Shown here piece after piece: positions 1-9,839 of a stretch of DNA of 64,000 bases. The stretch lies in contig CAKSAJ010000008.1 in NCBI GenBank assembly GCA_934435195.1, positions 18,382 to 82,381 of the forward strand, given 5' to 3'. The position numbers and the translations under genes were made by a program. This DNA is from an uncultured Schaedlerella sp. (GTDB taxonomy: Bacteria; Bacillota; Clostridia; Lachnospirales; Lachnospiraceae). Position 1 is the first letter of the stretch, and every line of letters begins with the position of its first letter. Below the pieces are notes generated by a model. The model was given only the letters and a program-made list of their open reading frames with translations. It made no database searches and had not been told where the DNA came from.

Positions 1-294
1 TTTTATTATAGAGAAGATATCTACCAGGAGGTATTGCAGGAGATGAATGGAATCTCATCATTGAAAAAGGCAATAACATATGAGGCAATTCCAGTGCAGA
101 AACAGTTATTAGAACAGGTGAAGAAGAATGCACAAATTGAAAAAGATGTTTGGACACAACCGGAAGTGCCAGAAGGGTTTTCTAATTTGTTGCACCAGAA
201 CATGCGTAGCATGGCAGTGGGAGAACAATCAGTTGAAGAGACTGCAGAGTATCTTGAACAAGGATGGAGAAGATTAAGTGAAGAAGAAAAATAA
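1..294 (+). CDS. C-terminal fragment of a probable extracellular solute-binding protein (ABC transporter SBP), truncated by window start
   Basis: Frame is open from base 1 with no stop and ends ...EQGWRRLSEEEK. It sits directly upstream of a YesM/YesN-type sensor-regulator pair, the usual position of a sugar SBP. Call is by context only. Confidence 0.3.
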   Translation, partial: FYYREDIYQEVLQEMNGISSLKKAITYEAIPVQKQLLEQVKKNAQIEKDVWTQPEVPEGFSNLLHQNMRSMAVGEQSVEETAEYLEQGWRRLSEEEK

Positions 295-2080
295 GCTGTT
301 TTTTGGTCTGTTTGCAAAACTATCTGTTTCATACATAATCATAGGTTTGATTCCTATTTTTTTGATCAGTGCGTTTTTTTTGAAAAGATTAACAGACAAT
401 GTAGAAAAAATTATGTTGAGTGATGCAGAGATGGTTTTACAATCTACTACATCAACGCTGGATACTGTGATAAATGAATGGAAAGAAGATACAGAGAACA
501 TTTATGACATAACGGATATTCAGGAAGAAAATATTGTAAGTATTGTGCTTAATCCGTCAATCACACAAAAAGAAAAAAGCAGAAAAATTTGTGATTTAAT
601 GGGTGGTTTCAATACATTAAGTGGAATAAGAAGTGTACGATATTTAGATGCACAAGGTAATTTATCCTATATTTGTCAATCAGTTGGGAAATTAATGAAT
701 CAACAAGAGATGGATCAATGGAAGGCGAAGGAGATGCGGAATCGGAGCAAAGGAAACGCAATGATGCTCGAAGGGTTACATTTAGATAGTTATTTTACAA
801 ATAGCAATGATGAAGTTGTTACAGTAAAGAGAAATGTGTTTGATGTAAGCAATCTTGACAGCATGGAAAATTTTTTAGGAACATTTTATTTTGATATCAG
901 TGCCGATACAATAAAAGAGCAGTTTCAAGGAATCCATCTGGGAGAGCATAGTACATTTTTTATTGTAGATCAGGTAGGAAATACAATTTATCAGGAAGAG
1001 AATCAAGAATTATCAAATAAGTGCAGAAAAGAAATTCGAATTCAGAAAAAAGAAGCAGCAATGTTGACAGATGAGGAAAACTATTATCTGTATTGCAAGA
1101 ATAAGGATTCTGGCTGGACATGTATTTTACGTGTTTATAGGGGAGATATCCTGGCTAATGTTTATGATACAAGAAATTATATTCTGTCAATTGTTCTTAT
1201 GGGTTCGCTTGTACTTCTTATGATGTATCTGGGATTTTCAAAGAAACTTAGCTATCCAATTCAAAATCTGAAAAAAGGAATGGAACAGATTCAAGAAGGT
1301 AATCTAGATACAAGGGTAGAAGTAAAAGGAAAAGATGAAGTAGGTGTTCTTGCAGAAGGACTGAATCAGATGGCAAGCCAGTTATCAATGTATATTGACC
1401 GGGTATATGGTGCAGAGATCAAACAGAAAGAAGCTGAATTAAATGCCTTGAAAACGCAGATAAAGCCACATTATCTTTATAATACGTTGGACATTATCCG
1501 TATGACAGCGATGAAACATGAAGACAGGGAAACAGCAGAGATGCTTGAAAGTCTTGCAAGGCAATTGCGTTACCTGATGGGGGAAGAAAAGGAAATGGTT
1601 TCGTTAGAGCAAGAGTTGGATAATATTCGGGACTATTTTCAGATGATGCGTATTCGATATGAAGGAAGAATTTCTTTGAACATTACAGTGCCGGAATCTT
1701 TGCGTGAGATTGCTGTTTTGAAATTGCTGGTACAGCCTGCGGTAGAAAATGCAGTTAAGCATGGATTGAAAGAAAAAGATGGGCAGGGTAGTGTATGGAT
1801 ATCGGCAAATCGAAAAGCAGAGAAGGTTGAAGTGACGGTTATGGATGATGGTGTAGGTATGGATACAGAACAATTGGAGGCTATACGGAAACGAATTTCA
1901 GCTGGAACAAAAGAGTTGCACAACCCAGAAAAGGGTGGGGTAGGACTTGTAAACGTAAATGAACGAATCCAGAATCGATATGGATGTCAATATGGAGTAC
2001 AGATTGAAAGTACAAAGGGAGCCGGAACGATTGTTATAATCTGTATTCCGTATCTTTCAGAAGGAGAAAAGGATGTATAA
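278..2080 (+). CDS. Sensor histidine kinase, YesM-like (N-terminal TM, HAMP, His_kinase, HATPase_c)
   Basis: 600-aa ORF, probably with a GTG start. N-terminal hydrophobic segment. H-box-like KPHYLYNTLDIIRM typical of the PF06580 His_kinase family. C-terminal G-box-like motifs DDGVGM / GGVGLVNV. Confidence 0.8.
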   Translation: MKKKNKLFFGLFAKLSVSYIIIGLIPIFLISAFFLKRLTDNVEKIMLSDAEMVLQSTTSTLDTVINEWKEDTENIYDITDIQEENIVSIVLNPSITQKEKSRKICDLMGGFNTLSGIRSVRYLDAQGNLSYICQSVGKLMNQQEMDQWKAKEMRNRSKGNAMMLEGLHLDSYFTNSNDEVVTVKRNVFDVSNLDSMENFLGTFYFDISADTIKEQFQGIHLGEHSTFFIVDQVGNTIYQEENQELSNKCRKEIRIQKKEAAMLTDEENYYLYCKNKDSGWTCILRVYRGDILANVYDTRNYILSIVLMGSLVLLMMYLGFSKKLSYPIQNLKKGMEQIQEGNLDTRVEVKGKDEVGVLAEGLNQMASQLSMYIDRVYGAEIKQKEAELNALKTQIKPHYLYNTLDIIRMTAMKHEDRETAEMLESLARQLRYLMGEEKEMVSLEQELDNIRDYFQMMRIRYEGRISLNITVPESLREIAVLKLLVQPAVENAVKHGLKEKDGQGSVWISANRKAEKVEVTVMDDGVGMDTEQLEAIRKRISAGTKELHNPEKGGVGLVNVNERIQNRYGCQYGVQIESTKGAGTIVIICIPYLSEGEKDV

Positions 2081-3638
2081 GGTACTATTAATAGACGATG
2101 AAGCGGTAATTTTGGAAGGATTAAAGAATTTGATTGACTGGGAAAAATTAGGGACAGTAATTGTTGATGTCGCAAAAGACGGAAAAGAGGGGGTGAAGAA
2201 AATCGAGCGACATAATCCGGATATCGTGATTTCAGATATTGCAATGCCAAATTGTTCTGGAATTGAATTGTTGAAGAGAACAGAAGAATTGGATATGGGA
2301 ATCAAAGTAATTCTGTTAAGTGGATATCAGGAGTTTGAATATGCAAGGGCAGCAGTTCGTTATGGAGCAGTAGAGTATTTATTAAAACCAGTCAGTCCGG
2401 AAGAACTGGAGCGAGTGGTGATGAAAACGGTGGATCAGATTCGCGAAAAGGACTCGGTTCATGTATTACAGAGAAAGGACAGCCCAGAAGAATTATTGTT
2501 TCAACAGTCATTGTCAGGAGAAAAACCAGAGGTGCTTGTTAAACAAATCCGAGAAATTTCGTATACACAAAAGATACCGGGAGCAATTGGCGTTTCTGTG
2601 CGATTGTTATATCGAAATGTAAAAAATCAGGATGAAAATAGAAATCTGATTCGCTTTGAAATATATGAATTTATACAACAATGGCTTGCAGAAAGAAAGT
2701 GCGGAACGGTAATACGTAGGGAATATGCGACTTGTTATATTTTGTTGTATCTCGAGGAAGACAGAAAGAAGATTGCTCAGCTATGCAATACATTGGCAAA
2801 ACAATTAAAAGAAGTCTATAAAGTCGAGACAATTATTGGAACTGGTGGATGGACAGACGAATTAGGTAAAGTACTGTATTTGTATAAAACTGCAAAATTT
2901 TCTGGTGAACTATATTATTTTGAAGAGAAAAATTACATTGCATATGAAGAGATAAAGAAAGAATATTGTAGTTCAACTGAAGAGTATCAGAATAAAATTA
3001 AACAACTTTGTGTACAGATTGCGACAGACTATCCTTCCATGGAAGTAGTTGGGAAAATTATAGAATGTACAAATCTTATTAGAAATATACATTATGGAAA
3101 TAAAAATGCGGTTGTGAACAGTGTAATATTAATGAACGGAGAAATTTATAACACATTGGAAGAGTGTGGATTGTTGGAAGAAAATTCCAGAGAGAAACAG
3201 GAAGAATTTCTGGAAAATTTGATGAAGAAGGGAACCTTTCAGGGAATGCAGAATCTGGTGCGGGAATATTATAACGGAATGTTTCTAAAATTACGTTTAC
3301 TTGGTGGCAGAAGAGAATCATCGGAAATTGTTAGAATCAAACAATATATCAAAGAACATTATCATGAAACGATTACGTTGGAAGAACTGGCGGATTATAT
3401 TGGTATGAATCCATCTTATATGAGTGTATTTTTCAAGAAAGAGACCGGGCAAAATTATAAGAATTATCTTACAGAAATTCGAATGAAAGAAGCTATCCGT
3501 CTGTTAAATAGCACAGATAAGAAGAGTTATGAAATCGCAGAGGCGATAGGATATAAAGATATCAAACAGTTCAGAGAAAAGTTCCGGGAGTACTATGGGG
3601 TATCACCGCAAAAATATAGAAAAAAAGGGGAAAAATAA
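2073..3638 (+). CDS. Response regulator with CheY-like receiver and AraC-type HTH output (YesN-like)
   Basis: N-terminus MYKVLLIDDEAVILEGL with conserved Asp in DIVISDIAMP. C-terminus carries an AraC-type HTH (ITLEELADYIGMNPSYMSVFFKKETG...IAEAIGYKDIKQFREKFREYYGVSPQKYR). Overlaps the kinase stop by 8 bp, consistent with an operon. Confidence 0.85.
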   Translation: MYKVLLIDDEAVILEGLKNLIDWEKLGTVIVDVAKDGKEGVKKIERHNPDIVISDIAMPNCSGIELLKRTEELDMGIKVILLSGYQEFEYARAAVRYGAVEYLLKPVSPEELERVVMKTVDQIREKDSVHVLQRKDSPEELLFQQSLSGEKPEVLVKQIREISYTQKIPGAIGVSVRLLYRNVKNQDENRNLIRFEIYEFIQQWLAERKCGTVIRREYATCYILLYLEEDRKKIAQLCNTLAKQLKEVYKVETIIGTGGWTDELGKVLYLYKTAKFSGELYYFEEKNYIAYEEIKKEYCSSTEEYQNKIKQLCVQIATDYPSMEVVGKIIECTNLIRNIHYGNKNAVVNSVILMNGEIYNTLEECGLLEENSREKQEEFLENLMKKGTFQGMQNLVREYYNGMFLKLRLLGGRRESSEIVRIKQYIKEHYHETITLEELADYIGMNPSYMSVFFKKETGQNYKNYLTEIRMKEAIRLLNSTDKKSYEIAEAIGYKDIKQFREKFREYYGVSPQKYRKKGEK

Positions 3639-3800
3639 GGAAACGACAATTGAAAAAGGGGGAGTTTTTAGAAGAGAGAGGTGTCTTTTTTAGACACCTC
3701 TCTTCGTTTATTGAAGGGGAAACGGATAGCTGTTAAAGTACAGTCATACCATTTGAGAGACAAAGAAATGGACAGAAAATGAAAGGAGAGAGACGATAGT

Positions 3801-4295
3801 ATGATTAAAATGATGAGGGTAGATGATCGTCTGATTCATGGACAGGTTGCAGTAATGTGGACGAAGGAACTTGGTATTGAGAGGATTATTGTTGCAAGTG
3901 ATAAAATTGCTGCAAATTCCATTCAGGTAAGTGCCTTAAAAATGGCAGCACCTGCAGGCGTGAAGGCAGCGATTCTTCCGATTGACAAAGCAGTTGGAAT
4001 TTTGAACGATCCGCGAGCAGCAGCAATGAAGATTCTTGTAATCTCCAACACACCGGAAGATTTGTTAAAAGTAGCTGAGAAAATTCAGGAAAAACCGATT
4101 TTAAATGTTGCAAATTACGGACGAATCGGAGGAGGAAATCTTTCAGAAAAAATAAAAGTAACTGAGACAGTTTATGTGACAGAGCATGACAAAGAAGTGT
4201 TGAAATCAATTCGAGAGCAGGGGATAGAGATTATTCATCAGCCGCTTCCGAGTGATACAAGAGCAGATTTTATGAAAATACTGGAGGGAAAATAA
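3801..4295 (+). CDS. PTS mannose/fructose/sorbose family EIIB component
   Basis: N-terminus MIKMMRVDDRLIHGQVAVMWTKELGIERIIVASD matches the PTS_IIB sorbose-family signature, including the RLIHGQV phosphorylation loop. Confidence 0.85.
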   Translation: MIKMMRVDDRLIHGQVAVMWTKELGIERIIVASDKIAANSIQVSALKMAAPAGVKAAILPIDKAVGILNDPRAAAMKILVISNTPEDLLKVAEKIQEKPILNVANYGRIGGGNLSEKIKVTETVYVTEHDKEVLKSIREQGIEIIHQPLPSDTRADFMKILEGK

Positions 4296-4296
4296 G

Positions 4297-5163
4297 ATGT
4301 TAACAAACGCAATAATTGTCGGATTGGTATTAATGTTTACCAAATTTTTTGACTGGTGGGGAAACACAATGTTCCAACGTCCAATCTTCTGTGTGTCTAT
4401 TTTAGGAGCATTGCTTGGACATCCAAAAGAGGGAATCATGTTAGGAGCACAGTTGGAATTAGTATTCCTTGGAAATGTAAGTCTTGGCGGAGTAATGCCT
4501 TCTGACTTTACATTAGGTTCTATCTTCGGTGGTGCATTTGCTATGATGCTTGGCAGGGATCTTACAACAGCAATTACACTGGCACTTCCATTATCTGTAT
4601 TGGGAACTCTCCTGTATTCAGGAATGAAGGTTGTTGTTACTTCCCTGGTACCGAAATTCGAAAGTCTGATTGCAAAGAAGAATATCAAAGGATTTAAGAA
4701 ACTTTGGATCGCTCAGTTCTGCATGTTTCATCTTTGCTATTTCTTGCTTGGATTCTTATGTATCCTGGCAGGAACAGATGCAGTAAAAACTTTTGTAGAA
4801 ATGATCCCTGCATGGATTCAGAGCTCTATGACTGTTGCATCAACAATGCTTCCGGCACTTGGTATGGCATTACTTTTGAAATCATTATGGACAAAAGAGA
4901 ACTGTCCATATTATTTCCTTGGATTTGGAATGGGTGCATTCTTAATCTACAACAATGTAACAGGAGCTACATTTGCTGATGGAGTAGTGACATTGACAAA
5001 TGCAAATACAAAAATTCTTTCACTTGTTACGATTTCATTTATTGGAGCAGCAATCGCAGCACTTATCATTTTCCATGAGTTGGAAAAAATCAAAACAAGT
5101 AAAACAGTACAAATAGCAGCTTCAACAACTCTGGATGAAAGCGAGGATTTCTTTAATGATTAA
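4297..5163 (+). CDS. PTS mannose/fructose/sorbose family EIIC component
   Basis: Polytopic membrane protein of 288 aa immediately after EIIB, with a 1-bp intergenic gap. Composition and length fit EIIC-Man. Confidence 0.8.
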   Translation: MLTNAIIVGLVLMFTKFFDWWGNTMFQRPIFCVSILGALLGHPKEGIMLGAQLELVFLGNVSLGGVMPSDFTLGSIFGGAFAMMLGRDLTTAITLALPLSVLGTLLYSGMKVVVTSLVPKFESLIAKKNIKGFKKLWIAQFCMFHLCYFLLGFLCILAGTDAVKTFVEMIPAWIQSSMTVASTMLPALGMALLLKSLWTKENCPYYFLGFGMGAFLIYNNVTGATFADGVVTLTNANTKILSLVTISFIGAAIAALIIFHELEKIKTSKTVQIAASTTLDESEDFFND

Positions 5164-6022
5164 TGCAATGACGACAGATGTATCATCTGCAAAAAATACA
5201 AAACTTACAAAAGGACAGAAAAAACTGGTCGGTTCCGTATTCTGGCGTTCAATGTGGTTGATGTTCTGTACCTCTTATACAAAACAGCAGGGAGTAACAT
5301 TTGGCTGGACAATGATTCCGTATCTGGAAGAAATTTATGGAAAAGAGACAGATGAATTCTATGCAGCAATGGAAAGACATCAGGACTTCTTCAATACAAC
5401 ACCAGGTATGTCACCATTTATCTTCTCTCTCGTTATCTCAATGGAGAAAGAGAGAAAAGCAGCATTGGATGCAGGAAGAGAATTTGATGATTCGTCTATT
5501 GAAGCAATTAAAGTAGCATTGATGGGACCATTTGCAGGAATTGGAGATTCTATTTATTCAGGAGCGTTAAGAATCATTGCAACAGGTATTGCGTTGGGCT
5601 TCTGCCAGCAGGGCTCATGGCTTGGACCGATTCTCTTTGCCTTTATTTATAACATTCCAAACGTATTGATTCGATACTTTGGAGCAATGTTCGGACTGAA
5701 ACTTGGAAGTACATATATTGCAAAAGCACTGGAATCCGGAATGCTGAAAGCATTTACAAAAGGCTTCTCCGTACTTGGTCTGATTATGACAGGTGCGATG
5801 ACAGCACAGTATGTAAGCTTTAAGACAACACTGACAGCGGACTTTGGAAATACAACATTTGTTCTTCAGAATGTACTGGATCAGATCATGCCGGGACTGC
5901 TTCCTCTTGGAATCACAATCGGAACCTTCTGTTACCTGAGAAAGAAGAACAAGCCGGTTACAGTACTTGTAGCGATGTTTATTATTTCAGTTGTTCTTAC
6001 ATTACTTAAAGTTTGTGGTTAA
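5135..6022 (+). CDS. PTS mannose/fructose/sorbose family EIID component
   Basis: The stretch KLTKGQKKLVGSVFWRSMWLMFCTSYTKQQGVTFGWTMIPYLEEIYG is a typical EIID-Man N-terminus. Overlaps the EIIC end. Confidence 0.8.
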   Translation: MKARISLMINAMTTDVSSAKNTKLTKGQKKLVGSVFWRSMWLMFCTSYTKQQGVTFGWTMIPYLEEIYGKETDEFYAAMERHQDFFNTTPGMSPFIFSLVISMEKERKAALDAGREFDDSSIEAIKVALMGPFAGIGDSIYSGALRIIATGIALGFCQQGSWLGPILFAFIYNIPNVLIRYFGAMFGLKLGSTYIAKALESGMLKAFTKGFSVLGLIMTGAMTAQYVSFKTTLTADFGNTTFVLQNVLDQIMPGLLPLGITIGTFCYLRKKNKPVTVLVAMFIISVVLTLLKVCG

Positions 6023-6160
6023 TTTAAGAAAGAAACCGGGAAATGTGTAGAAGCATTTCCTATGAAAAGAGTTAGCGCGAAGCGTGTTAACTCTTTTCGT
6101 GCAATCTGTATGTTATAAAAAGTTAAGAAAAGAAAAATAGATTTGAAAGGTGGAAAAGCA

Positions 6161-7297
6161 ATGAAATTTAATCTCGAGAATGAAACACAGAAATGGGCAG
6201 AGGAAACTTATGAGAAGTTAAAAACAAAACTGTCAGCGGAGTGTGACAGAATTGGTTCAAAAATTCCATATATTGCAGAAGACGGTGTATACAAGGAGAA
6301 TAAAGCAGAATCAGATATTATCTGGTGGACGAATGGATTCTGGCCGGGTATGCTCTGGCAGATGTACCATGCAACAGGAGAAGAGAAGTACAGAACAGCG
6401 GCAGAAGGCGTTGAGAAAGAACTGGATCAGGCGTTTGACATTTATACAGGACTTCATCATGATGTAGGATTTATGTGGCTTCATTCAGCAGTTGCGGATT
6501 ACAGAATTACAGGAAATGAGCGTTCCAAAGCACGTGGACTTCATGCAGCGCATCTTCTTGCAGGAAGATACAATCCGCGAGGAAGATTTATCCGTTCCTG
6601 GAACAGAGACCGTTCCGGCTGGGTTATTGTGGACAGTATGATGAACATCCAGCTTTTATTCTGGGCAAGAGATATTCTTGGTGATCCAAGATTTGAATAT
6701 GTTGCAATGGACCATGCAGATACAATTATGGAAAAGACAGTCCGAGGGGATGGTTCCTGCAATCATGTGATTGTATTAGATCCAACAAACGGAGTACTGC
6801 TTGACACACCGGGAGGACAGGGATATGAATCCGGTTCATCTTGGTCAAGAGGGCAGACATGGGCAATTTATGGATTTGCTTTAAGTTATCGCTATACAGG
6901 TAAGAAGGAATATCTGGAAACGGCTAAAAAAGTGGCAAATTATTTTATTGCACAGACAGACCAGACCGGACATGTTGCATTAGTTGATTTCCGTGCACCG
7001 AAAGAACCGGTTTACTGGGATTCTACAGCAGCGGTTTGTGCGGCATGTGGATTATTGGAAATTGCAGAGCATGTGGATGAATTTGAAAAACAGTTTTATG
7101 TAGATGCAGCAGTAAAGATGTTGAAAGCAACGGATGAGAGATTCTGTAACTGGGCTCCGGAATATGATTCTATTGTTCAGATGGGATCCGGTTCATATCA
7201 TACAGACCACGATAAACATGTGCCAATTATTTATGGGGATTATTTCTTTATGGAAGCAGTACTTCGATTACTGGATAAAGATATCCTGATTTGGTAG
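6161..7297 (+). CDS. Glycoside hydrolase family 88, unsaturated glucuronyl hydrolase (UGL)-like
   Basis: WTNGFWPGMLWQMY and DVGFMWLHSAV motifs are characteristic of GH88 UGL. The ATG at 6161 has a better SD (aaaggtgg) than the ORF-track start at 6143. Confidence 0.75.
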   Translation: MKFNLENETQKWAEETYEKLKTKLSAECDRIGSKIPYIAEDGVYKENKAESDIIWWTNGFWPGMLWQMYHATGEEKYRTAAEGVEKELDQAFDIYTGLHHDVGFMWLHSAVADYRITGNERSKARGLHAAHLLAGRYNPRGRFIRSWNRDRSGWVIVDSMMNIQLLFWARDILGDPRFEYVAMDHADTIMEKTVRGDGSCNHVIVLDPTNGVLLDTPGGQGYESGSSWSRGQTWAIYGFALSYRYTGKKEYLETAKKVANYFIAQTDQTGHVALVDFRAPKEPVYWDSTAAVCAACGLLEIAEHVDEFEKQFYVDAAVKMLKATDERFCNWAPEYDSIVQMGSGSYHTDHDKHVPIIYGDYFFMEAVLRLLDKDILIW

Positions 7298-7306
7298 GAG
7301 AATGGT

Positions 7307-8107
7307 ATGATTCGATTAATATGTATAGATATTGACGGAACACTTTTGAATAGTTACAAAGAACTTCCGGAGGATAATCGTAAGGCAATCCATTATGCAA
7401 TCCAAAAAGGAGCGATGATTGTATTTGCAACCGGAAGAAGCAGACAAGGTGTTGAGTACTTATTTAAAAGTATTTCCTGTGATGAAAATGCAATTTGTCT
7501 AAACAGTGGATTAATTCTGTATCAGGGCGAAACAATTTATCAGAAGCAGATGAGTGAGCAGGTTGTGAAAAAAGTTATCAATTTGATGGAAAAGTATAAT
7601 TCGCAGCTTTTTTTGACGAGCGAGAACGGCAATATTACTGTGGGAAGTCTTTCAGATAAGTTAAAAGCAGAAATGCAGCAGGGAAGTTTAAAAGGAAACT
7701 ATCGGTTCTGTGAGAATTATGAGGAGCTTCGCGGTGTGGTTTCGCAGACAAAAGTTTTGAAGATGGCGGTACAGGATTTTGAGGAAGAACGATTTGAACA
7801 ACTGTATGGTGAATTGCAAAAGATAAAAGAGGTTTCTGTGTTGCGTTCAGATAAATTTTTTGTAGATATTATTCCTTACGACAGCGGGAAAGAAAAGGGA
7901 GTCGAGATACTTGCACAGTATCTGGGAATTGCGCCGGAGGAACTTCTTTGTATTGGTGACAATGAAAATGATATTGCAATGCTAAGAGGTTCCGGAATTG
8001 GTGTTGCGATGGGGAATGCATCAGAAGAGGTAAAACTTGCGGCAGATTATGTAACTGCGGACAATGACCATGCCGGAGTGGCAGAGGCAATTTATCGTTA
8101 CATTTGA
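7307..8107 (+). CDS. Cof-type HAD-IIB family hydrolase (sugar phosphatase-like)
   Basis: MIRLICIDIDGTLLNS (DxDGT motif I), GDNENDIAMLRGSGIGVAMGNA (motif IV). Confidence 0.7.
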   Translation: MIRLICIDIDGTLLNSYKELPEDNRKAIHYAIQKGAMIVFATGRSRQGVEYLFKSISCDENAICLNSGLILYQGETIYQKQMSEQVVKKVINLMEKYNSQLFLTSENGNITVGSLSDKLKAEMQQGSLKGNYRFCENYEELRGVVSQTKVLKMAVQDFEEERFEQLYGELQKIKEVSVLRSDKFFVDIIPYDSGKEKGVEILAQYLGIAPEELLCIGDNENDIAMLRGSGIGVAMGNASEEVKLAADYVTADNDHAGVAEAIYRYI

Positions 8108-8130
8108 AAATGTAAAAAGGAGGAATTAAA

Positions 8131-9762
8131 ATGCAGAAAATAGAGGTTAAAAATCCGATTTTACGTGGATTCCATCCAGACCCATGTATATGTAAGGCAA
8201 AAAACAAATATTATCTGATTACTTCGACTTTTGAATGGCTCCCGGGCGTATCTTTGTATGAATCAGAAGACCTTGTGAACTGGAAATCCAAAGGTGGAAT
8301 CTTACAGTCTCTGAATCTGGAAGGAATTCCGGACAGTGCCGGAATCTGGGCACCTGCATTGTCTTATGACAATGGGAGATTTTATTTGATTTATACAGTA
8401 TGCAAGCAGATTGACGGATATTTTAAAGACGTAGAAAATTATGTGATTACCGCAGAGCATATAGATGGACCTTGGAGCGCGCCTCTCTTTGTCAACGCAT
8501 CGGGATTCGACCCATCTATGTATCATGAAAATGGAAAACACTATGTGGTCAATCCACAGTGGGACCCACGACCGCTAGAAGGTCATCAGAAATTTAACGG
8601 ATTGATTCTCCAGGAATTTGATTTTGAAAAAGGTATGGTTGGAGAAGCAAAAGTTATCTATCACGGAAGTGGATGGGGAAGTGCAGAAGGTCCGCATCTG
8701 ATGAAGAAAGATGAATATTATTATATTCTTGCAGCCGAAGGTGGGACGGGAAGACACCATTCTGTATGCGTTGCCAGAGCGAAAAATATCTGGGGACCTT
8801 ATGAGGTATCGCCTTATACACCGATGATCACAGCGTGGGAACAGGATACCAGATTGAAAAAATCCGGACATGGCAATCTTGTTGAAACCGATTCGGGAGA
8901 ATGGTATCTGGTACATTTGTGTGGCCGCTATCTTGACAAGCAGAATGTATGTGTACTGGGAAGAGAAACTGCGATTCAGAAAGTTGAATGGACAGATGGA
9001 TGGCCGCATCTTGCAGATGGGACATGTATACCTCAGGAACATGTAGGAATTATGGCAAACAGCACTGAGGCAACAGAGCAATCAAACCAAAGCTATAGAA
9101 TTGACTGGGAAAAAATGTATCAGGCAAATGAGGGGCTTCCAGAACCCAAATTTTCAGAGCAATTGTGCAGAGAAATGGAAGAGCAGGAATGGTTGTCACT
9201 TCGAACAAATCTGAAGGAGAAAATGGAAATTAAAGCAGATGGATTGTATCTGAAAGGCGGGGCATCACTTACTTCGACATTTTCTCAAAAGATGATAGCA
9301 AGACGTTTAGAGTCAGTAAATACAGAAGTAACAACAAATCTGAAATTTCGACCATATCATTATGCACAGACTGCAGGATTATCCTGCTATTATAATACGA
9401 AGGTATTTTATTACCTTTATGTTGGCTATGATGAGAATAAAAAGCAAAGGATTGTGAATCTGCTTAAGAACGATAATTTTGAATTTTCTGAACCATTGGA
9501 AGGAAATTATATTTATGTGCCCGAACAGGTAGAAAAGATTTCTTTGAAAATGGTTATGGAACAGGAAAAACTTCAGTTTTACTATTCATTTGATGAAGAA
9601 AATTACGAAGCAATTGGGCAAAAGTTAGATTCGACAATATTAAGTGATGAGCATGCAGATGGTTGGGCATACACAGGCACTGTGGCTGGAATCACTGCAG
9701 TTGATACATTTAATAAAGATACAGAAGCTATATTTTTAAGTTTTGAACAGAAAGAATTATAG
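8131..9762 (+). CDS. Glycoside hydrolase family 43 (beta-xylosidase/alpha-L-arabinofuranosidase-like) with C-terminal beta-sandwich domain
   Basis: GFHPDPCICKAKNKYYLITSTFEWLPGVSLYESEDLVNWK and AEGPHLMKKDEYYYIL are GH43 five-bladed-propeller signatures. Strong SD aaaaaggagg. Confidence 0.75.
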   Translation: MQKIEVKNPILRGFHPDPCICKAKNKYYLITSTFEWLPGVSLYESEDLVNWKSKGGILQSLNLEGIPDSAGIWAPALSYDNGRFYLIYTVCKQIDGYFKDVENYVITAEHIDGPWSAPLFVNASGFDPSMYHENGKHYVVNPQWDPRPLEGHQKFNGLILQEFDFEKGMVGEAKVIYHGSGWGSAEGPHLMKKDEYYYILAAEGGTGRHHSVCVARAKNIWGPYEVSPYTPMITAWEQDTRLKKSGHGNLVETDSGEWYLVHLCGRYLDKQNVCVLGRETAIQKVEWTDGWPHLADGTCIPQEHVGIMANSTEATEQSNQSYRIDWEKMYQANEGLPEPKFSEQLCREMEEQEWLSLRTNLKEKMEIKADGLYLKGGASLTSTFSQKMIARRLESVNTEVTTNLKFRPYHYAQTAGLSCYYNTKVFYYLYVGYDENKKQRIVNLLKNDNFEFSEPLEGNYIYVPEQVEKISLKMVMEQEKLQFYYSFDEENYEAIGQKLDSTILSDEHADGWAYTGTVAGITAVDTFNKDTEAIFLSFEQKEL

Positions 9763-9839
9763 GAAGTCAAGCAGCGTCGAAGCACAAGAATATGTTCTCC
9801 GGTGCTGTTTGTTATATGTAAAATATGAGGTGACGATTT

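Noticed and set aside
4206-4688. 160-aa ORF on the minus strand
   Set aside because: Lies entirely antisense to the PTS EIIC gene; composition is typical of a shadow ORF. No SD or motifs.
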